From: an uncultured archaeon
Lineage (GTDB): Archaea > Nanobdellota > Nanobdellia > Pacearchaeales > GW2011-AR1
Direction of reading: 5' to 3'
DNA length: 64,000 nucleotides
Assembly (NCBI GenBank): GCA_902385655.1
Contig: CABMGO010000005.1
Span: 248,693 to 312,692 of the forward strand
Positions 30,503 to 39,120 of this stretch are shown piece by piece. How positions within the stretch are numbered: the stretch's first letter is position 1; every line of letters starts with the position of its first letter. Position numbers and translations under genes: made by a program. The notes under the pieces were generated by a model, which saw nothing but the letters and a program-made list of their open reading frames with translations, did not search any database and was not told the DNA's origin.

Positions 30503-30919
30503 GATCCCATTGTCTAGAGTATCGAGCAAGTCGATTCACAGATCAAAAGGAAGCGTAAAACGATTCAACAGCGTTGAATTAACATAAGATCCCATTGTCT
30601 AACGGTAGTACGGCTCTTTGACGTGGAGCAGGCCGAGGTTCAACTCCTCGTGGGATCATTGAATTCTATTCAACAAATTCTGTCTAAATTATTCGAAGAA
30701 TAAAAAGGAGTTGAACTGAGGAGAGGTTCAACCGAGCAAAGAGGCTTTCAATAAATCGAGGTAAAATGAAAATCAGAAAGAGCTCTTTGCAAGACTCGTG
30801 GGATCATTTTCCGTTGAACCGAGGCAGGCCGAGGCGAGCAGTTTGGCTTTTTGAACAAAATAAAATTATGAACTAAATCAAAAAGAGCAGACTGCGAGTA
30901 AACTCCTCGTGGGATCATT
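30503..30919. repeat. Cluster of partial duplications of the 30588-30658 tRNA ends
   Basis: gatcccattgtcta at 30503-30516; ctcgtgggatcatt at 30795-30808; aactcctcgtgggatcatt at 30901-30919. Confidence 0.7.
30588..30658 (+). tRNA. tRNA, anticodon read as GAC (Val); assignment tentative
   Basis: GATCCCA...TGGGATC acceptor, GCTCT TTGACGT GGAGC anticodon arm, CGAGG TTCAACT CCTCG T arm. Confidence 0.6.
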
Positions 30920-30965
30920 TCATTCGATTTACCGAATATATTTTTAATTTTATCGTTGAGAAAAA

Positions 30966-31229
30966 CTAATGTTTTCCCCCCAATTTTTGTCCCCAATGCT
31001 CATGAATAACTCTCACTTTTTTATTTTTAACGTCGATCTTTCCTAAGATGCACAAATCTGTATAAAAATCTTCAGGAAGAGTTCGATTCTCATTATAATA
31101 ACTTTTCAAAGTTTGATAATTAATCTTTAAACCGAACTGAATCAAACCTCTCAAAGAAGGAGAGCTACAACTTTCAATAACTTTATCGAAAAACTTTCTC
31201 TGATCTCCTTTTCTAAATTTAATTCTCAT
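30966..31229 (-). CDS. Hypothetical protein
   Basis: 87-aa ORF. Confidence 0.4.
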   Translation of the reverse strand: MRIKFRKGDQRKFFDKVIESCSSPSLRGLIQFGLKINYQTLKSYYNENRTLPEDFYTDLCILGKIDVKNKKVRVIHEHWGQKLGGKH

Positions 31230-31502
31230 TTTTCCTCGCCGCCTAACAAAACGCGCTTCGCGCGTCTAGCTCTAACCGCTCACTGCGCAACCATTTTGAC
31301 AATCTCCGAAGGAGTTGGCAAGGTTGCAACGTTTACATAAAGCAAATGAATCGACTTGTTCAATGCCTTATGGCGCAACCGCTATCGGACAATTTTCATC
31401 GGACGAACGTCCGAAAATATTGAAAATTAGTCCTTGCTTCCAAGTTACTGCGCAACCATTAGGACCCGAAACTTTATAAAGCCTTGTAACAACCTCAAAA
31501 GT

Positions 31503-31814
31503 ATGAAATTACCTAAAAAAACAAATAGATTTTGCCCATATTGTAACAAAGTTACAGAGCAAAAAGTAAAGTTAATGAGTAGCGGTACAAAGAGAGGTTC
31601 CTTGAAGAGAGGAGGTATCATGAGAGCAAAACTTCGAGGTAAAGGAAGAGGAATCGGTAACTTAGGTAAGTGGGGTTCTAAACCAGCAGTTTCTAAATTC
31701 AAAATGAAAACTAAAACAACTAAAAAAGCAAAGATTCTTTACACTTGTTCTGTTTGCAACAAAAGCAAAGACAGAAAAGAAGGAATTAGAGCAGGTAAAG
31801 TATTGCAAGAATAA
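31503..31814 (+). CDS. rpl44e: 50S ribosomal protein L44e
   Basis: MKLPKKTNRFCPYCNKVTEQKVKL...YTCSVCNKSKDRKEGIRAGKVLQE. Confidence 0.85.
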   Translation: MKLPKKTNRFCPYCNKVTEQKVKLMSSGTKRGSLKRGGIMRAKLRGKGRGIGNLGKWGSKPAVSKFKMKTKTTKKAKILYTCSVCNKSKDRKEGIRAGKVLQE

Positions 31815-31815
31815 A

Positions 31816-32019
31816 ATGAAAAGTATGAATGTTATACAAACAAACTTTGAAGGAGATTTGGGAAGAATTACAGTCTTTACTCCGGGAAGAATAATTGGAC
31901 AAAGAACAGATTTTGAAAGAGCAGACGGCAAAGGAAGAGTTTCACTTATGACTTCAGCTCTAGTCCAACAAACAGCAGACTTAGCAAAATATAAGGGAGA
32001 CTCAATAATACAATACTAA
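31816..32019 (+). CDS. Small conserved-looking protein between L44e and S3Ae, possibly KEOPS Pcc1-like (tentative)
   Basis: 67-aa ORF in ribosomal operon. Confidence 0.35.
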   Translation: MKSMNVIQTNFEGDLGRITVFTPGRIIGQRTDFERADGKGRVSLMTSALVQQTADLAKYKGDSIIQY

Positions 32020-32020
32020 A

Positions 32021-32821
32021 ATGGCAATAAAAAAGAAATTCATTGACGTAGAAATACCTGCACTTGGAGAATCAATGCCAGTTTTAGGAGCTGAAGAAAC
32101 TCTTGCTGGAAGAACAATCAAGTTAGACCTTTCTAGAAAATTGAGAGGAAGAGGACTTGAAGCAGTTTTTACAATAATGAACAAGGATGGAAAACTTGTT
32201 GCTTACCCTAAAAGCCTTATTTTAATGAGAAGTTATGTTCAAAGAATGATGAGAAAAAGAATAAGTTATGTGGAAGATTCATTCACAACAACTTGTAAAG
32301 ACGTAAAAATAACAATGAAACCATTTTTAATAACAAGAAAAAAAGTTTCAAGAGCGATAAGAAATAATTTAAGAAGAACAGCAAGAGAATTTTTACTAGA
32401 ATATGTCAAAGATAAAACATACATGGATATCGCAATGGCAATTTTAAGTAATGACTTGCAAAAAGAAATGCATCCAAAATTGAAAAAAGTTTATCCACTT
32501 TCTATGTGCGAAATAAGAGTGCTAGAAACAACAGAATTAGCTAAAGCAGACTTAACAATCAAGCAAAGAGAAGTTAAACAAGTAGCAAAAGCTGAGACGC
32601 AAGAATTAACCCAAGCAGAAGAAATCGAATTACACTTAAAGAAAAAAGCAGAGGCTCAGCAGAGTCACACCTCAGGTGAAGAAACAGCTGCAAAAGAAGC
32701 AGAAGCGGCAAAAGCAGAAGAAGTAAAAACAGAAGAGAAACCTAAGAAAGCTAAAAAAGAGGCTCAGCAGAGTCACACCTTGGGCGAAAAGAAGGTAAAG
32801 TCTGAGAAGGAATCTGCTTAA
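32021..32821 (+). CDS. rps3ae: 30S ribosomal protein S3Ae with a C-terminal tail carrying two double-hairpin coding elements
   Basis: LGRTIKLDLSRKLRGRGLEAVFTIMNKDGKLVAYPKSL...MRKRISYVEDSFTTTCKD; tail has EAQQSHTSGE and EAQQSHTLGE. Confidence 0.85.
   Translation: MAIKKKFIDVEIPALGESMPVLGAEETLAGRTIKLDLSRKLRGRGLEAVFTIMNKDGKLVAYPKSLILMRSYVQRMMRKRISYVEDSFTTTCKDVKITMKPFLITRKKVSRAIRNNLRRTAREFLLEYVKDKTYMDIAMAILSNDLQKEMHPKLKKVYPLSMCEIRVLETTELAKADLTIKQREVKQVAKAETQELTQAEEIELHLKKKAEAQQSHTSGEETAAKEAEAAKAEEVKTEEKPKKAKKEAQQSHTLGEKKVKSEKESA
32651..32680 (+). repeat. Double-hairpin coding element, copy 4
   Basis: gaggctcagcagagtcacacctcaggtgaa. Confidence 0.8.
32759..32788 (+). repeat. Double-hairpin coding element, copy 5
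   Basis: gaggctcagcagagtcacaccttgggcgaa. Confidence 0.8.
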
Positions 32822-32826
32822 ATAAA

Positions 32827-33348
32827 ATGGCAGTCCAAGAATGCCTTGTTCTTATCAAACCTGACGGACTTGTCAAATCATTAACTGGATTTATTCTTAC
32901 AGAACTTGCTGAAACAAAATTAAAGATTATCGGTGCAAAAGTAGTTTCAGTGTCTAAAGAACTTGCAGAACTGCATTATGCAGAATTAAAACAAAATAAA
33001 CCGCACATTTTTGAAAACGTTTTGAAATATATCCAAGGCGAATATCATACAAACAGAGTTTTAGCATTAATCTACCATGGAGAGGATGCAATCCAAAAAA
33101 TAAGAGATATCGCAGGAAAAACAAATCCTGAAGAAGCAGACCCAACAACAATTAGAGGAAAATTTGGAAGAATCCATTCTAAAACAGGAGTAATGGAAAA
33201 TGTTATGCATGCTTCGGATTCAGAAGCAAATGCAAAAAGAGAAATCCAACTTTGGTTCTCCCCTGATGAAATAACTGAAAAAATTTATCCTACTAAAAAA
33301 GAAAAAATCACTGAAGAGAAAAATGTTTGGGCGAACAATTCGCTTTGA
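32827..33348 (+). CDS. ndk: Nucleoside diphosphate kinase
   Basis: CLVLIKPDGLV...; GVMENVMHASDSEANAKREIQLWF. Confidence 0.9.
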   Translation: MAVQECLVLIKPDGLVKSLTGFILTELAETKLKIIGAKVVSVSKELAELHYAELKQNKPHIFENVLKYIQGEYHTNRVLALIYHGEDAIQKIRDIAGKTNPEEADPTTIRGKFGRIHSKTGVMENVMHASDSEANAKREIQLWFSPDEITEKIYPTKKEKITEEKNVWANNSL

Positions 33349-33397
33349 GTAAAATAAATATAAAGTAAGACATTTTTTACGAAATGCAAGCGTGAGG
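33329..33397 (+). repeat. Family-1 repeat, divergent copy C, overlapping 3' end of ndk
   Basis: gggcgaacaattcgctttgag...cgaaatgcaagcgtgagg. Confidence 0.45.
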
Positions 33398-33403
33398 AAT
33401 TAA

Positions 33404-33721
33404 TTAAAAATAAATATATTTTTCAGCAATTCTAATCCCCTCTTTTTGATTATTTTTAGCATCAGTAATTCTTAGATAAACTTCCGTCCGACCTTCAAAT
33501 TCTTCAATAGGTAATAAATATCCTTTTTTATTCTTTAAGTCATAAATCGCAAAAAAGTCTATCTCTGCTCGAGTATACTTTTTAACTTGCCAATTATTCG
33601 AAGATTTTAATCTACAAACTACCGCGCCATTTATTGGAACAGTAGACTTTACTTGGACTCGTTTGAAAACCCCTCCTTTCTCAATAAGAAGATCCACAGG
33701 ACTGTCTTCTCCATAAGGCAA
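33404..33721 (-). CDS. PD-(D/E)XK endonuclease-like protein
   Basis: EDSPVDLLIEKGGVFKRVQVKST; coding frame extends upstream (KKQVAKEGELRFASEFIGKGWNIFLPYGED) without an ATG start. Confidence 0.6.
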   Translation of the reverse strand: MPYGEDSPVDLLIEKGGVFKRVQVKSTVPINGAVVCRLKSSNNWQVKKYTRAEIDFFAIYDLKNKKGYLLPIEEFEGRTEVYLRITDAKNNQKEGIRIAEKYIYF

Positions 33722-33918
33722 AAAGATGTTCCATCCTTTTCCAATAAACTCTGAAGCAAATCTTAGCTCTCCTTCTTTTGCAACCTGTTTTTTATTATTT
33801 CACATACCTACGGAATAGTATGTTGGGAGTATATTTATATTTTTCTATTCTCGATTAATTACCTATAAAAAATACAAAACAACAAACCTTTTAAATGATT
33901 TTTTATAAATATTTACAT

Positions 33919-34012
33919 GCCTGCATAGCTCAGTTGATAGAGCACAAGTTTTGTATATGCGAAATGTTATCAAAAGAACTTGGGGTCGGGGGTTTGACTC
34001 CCTCTGCAGGCT
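33919..34012 (+). tRNA. tRNA-Thr (TGT) with ~21-nt intron
   Basis: GCCTGCA...TGCAGGC; CAAGT/ACTTG anticodon stem with 28 nt between (7-nt loop + intron). Confidence 0.8.
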
Positions 34013-34046
34013 TCCGATACTTTTATACGAAGCCCGCGAATAACGG

Positions 34047-34802
34047 CTATTTTTTAGCTAATTTCCAAATTAAATCAAAGTAGTCTAAATGCCCTTTAGC
34101 TATCTCTTTATCATGAATCAAAAATAGAATAGCGTTTCTTCCCTTGAAATGACCCACAATCACATAGTCTCCAAAAACTTCTACCCACATAGGAGAACTA
34201 ATATTATTTGGCATATATCTTACTAAAGTATCGGGCATCTGTTCCCTAAATTTTCCGTATTCTCTTGCATCACTATCATAAATAAACTTACATTTAATTC
34301 CTCTTTTTATTCTTCTTTTATGCCAATCAATTAGATATCCTTCTAAGAGCTCATTTCCTATTTTTGGAGCTCCCAGAACAAATTGCGTTTCTCCTTTTTT
34401 CAAAGTAGATAATATCTTTTCATAAACTGATTTAACTCCTTTTAATCCTTCATAAGTTTCTGACTGAATCATATCTTCTCCAGACTTCTTGATATTTTTA
34501 AGCTCTGGAAGTAGGTCATCTATTTCCTGTTCCTGTTCTTTTATTTTATTTTCCTTTTCTTTCATAAACTCTTTTAGAAAAGTTGGATCTGATGCTGAAA
34601 AATATTTTTTATTTGATTTAACAACATAACTAACAAGGCCTTTTTGTATTAATTTTTCAAGAAATTCATAAACCTTTGAAGCATGAATTTGGGCTTCTTT
34701 AATTATATTCGTAGTAGTCGTTTGTCCTAATTTAAGCAAAGCTAAATAAATTTTTATTTCGGTTTTAGTTAAACCTATTTCTTCAAGTATTTTCGTATCC
34801 AT
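34047..34802 (-). CDS. TrmB-family transcriptional regulator
   Basis: LEEIGLTKTEIKIYLALLKLGQTTTTNIIKEAQIHASKVYEFLEKLIQKGLVSY. Confidence 0.85.
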   Translation of the reverse strand: MDTKILEEIGLTKTEIKIYLALLKLGQTTTTNIIKEAQIHASKVYEFLEKLIQKGLVSYVVKSNKKYFSASDPTFLKEFMKEKENKIKEQEQEIDDLLPELKNIKKSGEDMIQSETYEGLKGVKSVYEKILSTLKKGETQFVLGAPKIGNELLEGYLIDWHKRRIKRGIKCKFIYDSDAREYGKFREQMPDTLVRYMPNNISSPMWVEVFGDYVIVGHFKGRNAILFLIHDKEIAKGHLDYFDLIWKLAKK

Positions 34803-34909
34803 ACCTTTCCTAATTCAAAATCCTATTTAAACTTTACTCCCTTAAGGGGTGAAGAAAACTTAAAAGAAGACCTGTTATTACTATGCTGTGCTAAAAACAC
34901 GACGATAAA

Positions 34910-35395
34910 ATGACAAATAAAATAACTAAAACAATAAAGAATCTAGTATTAGCTGGAGCGGGAATCTGGCTTGCTAATGGTTTATTTTGGGTATCTACTA
35001 GCGAAACTTTTAATCCGAGAGTTAGAGAATTTAGAAATTCCTCGACCTACTCAAATTATACTTCTGCATGTAATCAAAGATTTACATTAAAAGAAAGATA
35101 CATGGGACTAAAGGAACTTGAGGGAAAATTAGGTCGTTCTAATAAGGAGTATATTACTTATTTTGACGAATTTAAGGCAGAGCATGTACTTGAGAATGAA
35201 GACAGTTTAAGAACAAACTTGCTTACTAATGCTATCAGTTTAAAAGAGTCTTATAGTAATCAGATTTTAAATCTAAATAAAGAAATATCTAATCTAGAAA
35301 CTAATCCTGCTATGTTAGAATACAGGGCTTTAATTGATAAGGTCCAAAGAAGAGCAAGCAATCCTTTTTGGTTTTTATCTGGAGAGAAAAAATGA
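34910..35395 (+). CDS. Island cargo: hypothetical protein with N-terminal TM
   Basis: 161-aa ORF, operon-like with next two. Confidence 0.5.
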   Translation: MTNKITKTIKNLVLAGAGIWLANGLFWVSTSETFNPRVREFRNSSTYSNYTSACNQRFTLKERYMGLKELEGKLGRSNKEYITYFDEFKAEHVLENEDSLRTNLLTNAISLKESYSNQILNLNKEISNLETNPAMLEYRALIDKVQRRASNPFWFLSGEKK

Positions 35396-36114
35396 CAAAT
35401 AAAATATTTCAAGATAAGATAGATGAGATGTTCGGAGAAACATTAATCGTTCACTATAAGAATACTAGAATAGAATTTGCTCGGAAAGTTGTCGGAAGAG
35501 AAGGATATGATGTTTGTATGCGTGTTTTAGACTCGAACGATTTACAACGACCAACAACTAAACAAATTCTTCTCTTACTTCAGCACCTTTATAGAAATAA
35601 AAAAGAAAAGTTTTATTCTGATTTTTTAAATGAACTTCAAGGAGAGACCATATTTTGTGGAACAGAAAATCTCTACTGTTCTGAGGGAGTTATAGTTTTT
35701 GACAATGTAGATGGGAAGATGCCTAATACAAAAAAAGAATTACTCCGACGAATGAGAGAAGGTGATAAAGCAATTAGAATGATAAATTGGGGATTTAAAA
35801 CTTCATCCAGCGGTCTTGAAAATGTTTTAAAAAATCCTTATGTTCTGGCTCAAGTTGGATCAGAAGATATGCTGGAAGTTTTGCACGAACTATATTTACA
35901 ACAACCAAAGGCAATGTTTGGACTTTTGAGTAGAAATCCGCTTCATGTACGTACCTTAGAACGACCAATAGGGGAGGGTAGGCTATATGAACCGCGAACA
36001 GAAACAAGTCTGGACTTTGGTGCAAATGCTAACTTTCTCAATATATACTCTTGCGGTGGATGTTGCCCACGAGGGGGCAATGTTCCTATAATAAAATCTA
36101 TCTCGAATTCTTAA
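35368..36114 (+). CDS. Island cargo: hypothetical protein
   Basis: 248-aa ORF. Confidence 0.5.
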   Translation: MVFIWREKMTNKIFQDKIDEMFGETLIVHYKNTRIEFARKVVGREGYDVCMRVLDSNDLQRPTTKQILLLLQHLYRNKKEKFYSDFLNELQGETIFCGTENLYCSEGVIVFDNVDGKMPNTKKELLRRMREGDKAIRMINWGFKTSSSGLENVLKNPYVLAQVGSEDMLEVLHELYLQQPKAMFGLLSRNPLHVRTLERPIGEGRLYEPRTETSLDFGANANFLNIYSCGGCCPRGGNVPIIKSISNS

Positions 36115-36115
36115 A

Positions 36116-36583
36116 ATGAAAACTTGGAAGAAAGCTTTAATCGGTGGAACTATTTCTTTAATTGGCTTGGTGGGAGCTGAAGAGTGTATTCGTCAAGACA
36201 GAATAGATTATAACCGAAGACTTGAGGCTCCAGAGTATCAAAGTTATTTTGAGCATGTAGAAAAAGCATCCAGACAATTAGAACAAAAAACAAAAGAGCT
36301 AGATACTATGGCCTGGAAAGAAATAACTGAAAAATTAACAGGAAACGAACAATTTGAAGGAGTAAGTAGTTCCCCCATCTTACAAAGATGTAGATTAAAA
36401 GTTAAGCAGCAATATTCTAGGGAAACCTACTCTCAATTAAACAAACAATTCAATGAGATAAAACCATTATATGAAAGACCCTGGCTCTGTAAAACAGGCA
36501 CTCGCCTTCCGATTAGCCTATTGGTTTCCCCTTTCTTAATTATCGGAGGTTTAGGGTATCTTTTATATGCTCTAAAAAAATAA
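36116..36583 (+). CDS. Island cargo: membrane protein with TM at both ends
   Basis: 155-aa ORF. Confidence 0.5.
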   Translation: MKTWKKALIGGTISLIGLVGAEECIRQDRIDYNRRLEAPEYQSYFEHVEKASRQLEQKTKELDTMAWKEITEKLTGNEQFEGVSSSPILQRCRLKVKQQYSRETYSQLNKQFNEIKPLYERPWLCKTGTRLPISLLVSPFLIIGGLGYLLYALKK

Positions 36584-36584
36584 A

Positions 36585-36728
36585 ATGAATAAATCCTTCA
36601 CCATCACTAAGAAAATAGCAAAGCACGGCAATCAAGCAGTAATTATTATTCCAACACTCTTGCAAGAACACCTCAAGCCAGGAACACTCGCAGAAATAAA
36701 AATTGAAATAATCCTAGACAAGATATAG
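36585..36728 (+). CDS. Small AbrB/SpoVT-like protein
   Basis: 47-aa ORF MNKSFTITKKIAKHGNQAVIIIPTLLQEHLKPGTLAEIKIEIILDKI; resembles swapped-hairpin AbrB fold; not in ORF track. Confidence 0.4.
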   Translation: MNKSFTITKKIAKHGNQAVIIIPTLLQEHLKPGTLAEIKIEIILDKI

Positions 36729-36831
36729 CCCCTCACAAGAGAAGAATTCAGAGCATATTTTTCGAGAACGATCCGATAAATTCATATTATATGAAATAGC
36801 TCGAACATGCTAAAAAGTAGCATGTTTAATT

Positions 36832-37671
36832 TTAACTAGATTTCAATAATTTTTCAAGCTTTTTTGCAAAATCTTTTCTAGTAGCAGTCAAACCAAATTT
36901 TTTATATTTGGGATAGAGTTCTTTGTTTGAGACTAAAAATATCCATTTTTCAGGATATTTTCTATTCAGGTATCCTACTTTCTCTTTCATCTGCTCTGTT
37001 TTTCTTAGTAATGAGCCAGTTTCTACTTCAATTGCAAACATTTTCTTTTCATATTCAAAAATTATGTCTGCATCTACAGAGAGTTTTTCATCTATACGAG
37101 AAATTTTTCTATTTTTACTAAGTAATTTATTAACACTCCAAACTAAAAAAGCATGATGAACCGAATGATTTGTTGGTGGTTTAATTAAAATATTAATTCT
37201 TTTTTGTTCAAAAACACAAAACTCATTTTCTAAAGTATACTCTTCACTTTTTAGTGCTTCTATTTCTCGATTACTTAGTCCATCTTTTTTGTAAACATAG
37301 TTATCATATATCTCTAGTCTATTTAGAATTTCTTGTTTATCATCATCTAGCTTTTCTATCTTCTCTTTTTCTTCTTGTTCTTTTTCCGCAATAGATCTTT
37401 TTAATTCTTCTTCTCTTTGCTTAAATTCACTTAATTTTTCCTCTCTTTTTGCTTCAACAGTTCTTTCCTCAACCTGTTCAATTTTTTCTATTATTTCAGG
37501 ATATTCTTCTTCATCAAAATTTTGTAAATTTAAAAGCAATTCCTTAGATCTTTCTGAACCCAGATAGTCAATATCTGTTTTAATAAGTTTTTTTACATAT
37601 TCTTCTTCATCGGCTTTTTCTTCGGCCTCTAATCTACGAGTTTCTAAAATCTTTCTAATTTTTAGAATCAA
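36832..37671 (-). CDS. Coiled-coil protein with C-terminal PD-(D/E)XK-like domain, likely membrane-anchored by an upstream non-ATG extension
   Basis: VDADIIFEYEKKMFAIEVETGSLLRKTEQMKEKVGYLNRKYPEKWIFLVSN; same frame upstream encodes two TM segments, overlapping the recombinase stop. Confidence 0.5.
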   Translation of the reverse strand: MILKIRKILETRRLEAEEKADEEEYVKKLIKTDIDYLGSERSKELLLNLQNFDEEEYPEIIEKIEQVEERTVEAKREEKLSEFKQREEELKRSIAEKEQEEKEKIEKLDDDKQEILNRLEIYDNYVYKKDGLSNREIEALKSEEYTLENEFCVFEQKRINILIKPPTNHSVHHAFLVWSVNKLLSKNRKISRIDEKLSVDADIIFEYEKKMFAIEVETGSLLRKTEQMKEKVGYLNRKYPEKWIFLVSNKELYPKYKKFGLTATRKDFAKKLEKLLKSS

Positions 37672-37844
37672 GATAGCTAAGAAAATAGTATAAATAATAA
37701 ATGCTAAAAATACATAAATTAAAATCGCGGTAGAAGAAGTGAAGACTGGAATTATTGAAATAATATCTAATTTAAGTTTATTAAAACCCCCAGCTAACCA
37801 AAGGTATATTGCGTTTGCAATAAATATACCACCTATTGCTATAA

Positions 37845-39029
37845 TTAATGATTCAAAAGCGTCGACTTTGCACCTCCCATTTTACTTAGCATTTCTTTAA
37901 TTCCAGGCATATTCAATAATTCAGTTAGTAGAGGATCAAGACTTCTTCTTTGATTAAGTTCATTTTCCATTTCTTGTTGCCGTTCGGAAACTAATTTATT
38001 CATTAAAAGTTGTTTTTCTAAAACTGCTTTCATTTCTTCAATACTTGTTGAAGAAAATTGTTTGTCAAGTTCTTTATCTTGCATACCTGCTCTTGAAATA
38101 TAAACATCAGGCATATTTGAAGAAAATCTCCAGCCATACCTATAACAAATTTGTTGCCTGTTTAATTTAGAAGCATAATAAGTTGCAGAAGAATGTCTAA
38201 ACAAATGAGCATGAATGGACTTATTCAATACCTTCATGCCTAGTCTATTTAGAAATTTACCAGTACATTCATAACTCGTAGTATAAACCGGCTCATTTGA
38301 CTTTATTCCTTCTCTTATCCTTTGTTCTAAATAATCTTTAACAGCATCAAGCGAGTGTTTCCAATATAAAGCAATAGTCCTACCTTGAGTTTTACTATAT
38401 TCTTCTTTTAAGGTTAATTTAACATAATTATCATTTCCACTAGGTAAAATAATATCTTCAAACCTAATGTTTACAAACTCTCCTGCCCTTGCACCAGAAT
38501 CAAACAGGACAACCACCAGAAAGCGTTCTTTAGCCGACTTACAACTTCTGTATAACTTCTCAATTTCTTGTTCAGAAAGGTAACTTGGCGTTTTCTTTAC
38601 GTCCCGAGTATCAAGCCAATCTACTAATTTTAAGGATTTAGCCTTGCCTAAACGCCATCTCAAGTAAACCTTAAGTAACCTCTTCAAATCAACCTGTGTA
38701 CTAGTCATATATTTTGTACCCTTGTAAGTTTTAAGAGTCCCTAGAGAAATTGACCTTTCAAAGTTTTCAATATCCTTAATAGTTAAATCCTTACAATTCT
38801 TCTTAAAAAATCCTAAACAAATATTCAAACATTGAATATATTTAGAAATCCTACCATGGCAAATTTTCTTCCCTTTATTTACTCTACCTAGTTCTAGTTC
38901 ATCCAAGAATTGTAAAACCTTTTCTTTTTCTTCTTTACAAAGGTCCCATTCACCAACAGACTTTTTTCTTTTTTCAATATCAACTTTATGTAAAAGTATT
39001 CTTTCCACCATAGTGGAATCTGGATACAC
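37845..39029 (-). CDS. Tyrosine recombinase / integrase
   Basis: LFDSGARAGEFVNIRFEDI ... HLFRHSSATYYASKLNRQQICYRYGW ... PDVYISRAG. Confidence 0.85.
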   Translation of the reverse strand: MYPDSTMVERILLHKVDIEKRKKSVGEWDLCKEEKEKVLQFLDELELGRVNKGKKICHGRISKYIQCLNICLGFFKKNCKDLTIKDIENFERSISLGTLKTYKGTKYMTSTQVDLKRLLKVYLRWRLGKAKSLKLVDWLDTRDVKKTPSYLSEQEIEKLYRSCKSAKERFLVVVLFDSGARAGEFVNIRFEDIILPSGNDNYVKLTLKEEYSKTQGRTIALYWKHSLDAVKDYLEQRIREGIKSNEPVYTTSYECTGKFLNRLGMKVLNKSIHAHLFRHSSATYYASKLNRQQICYRYGWRFSSNMPDVYISRAGMQDKELDKQFSSTSIEEMKAVLEKQLLMNKLVSERQQEMENELNQRRSLDPLLTELLNMPGIKEMLSKMGGAKSTLLNH

Positions 39030-39120
39030 CGCACCTATTTAATTACCTCTACAAATTGAAGTAGATATCACCAAATAGGGGTCTTTTTAAAGCTAAAATT
39101 GAAGTTTTATCGTCTAGAAA

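Noticed and set aside
31816-32019. S27e between L44e and S3Ae
   Set aside because: Expected by common archaeal synteny but the ORF lacks the Zn-ribbon; the real S27e is at 56076-56246.
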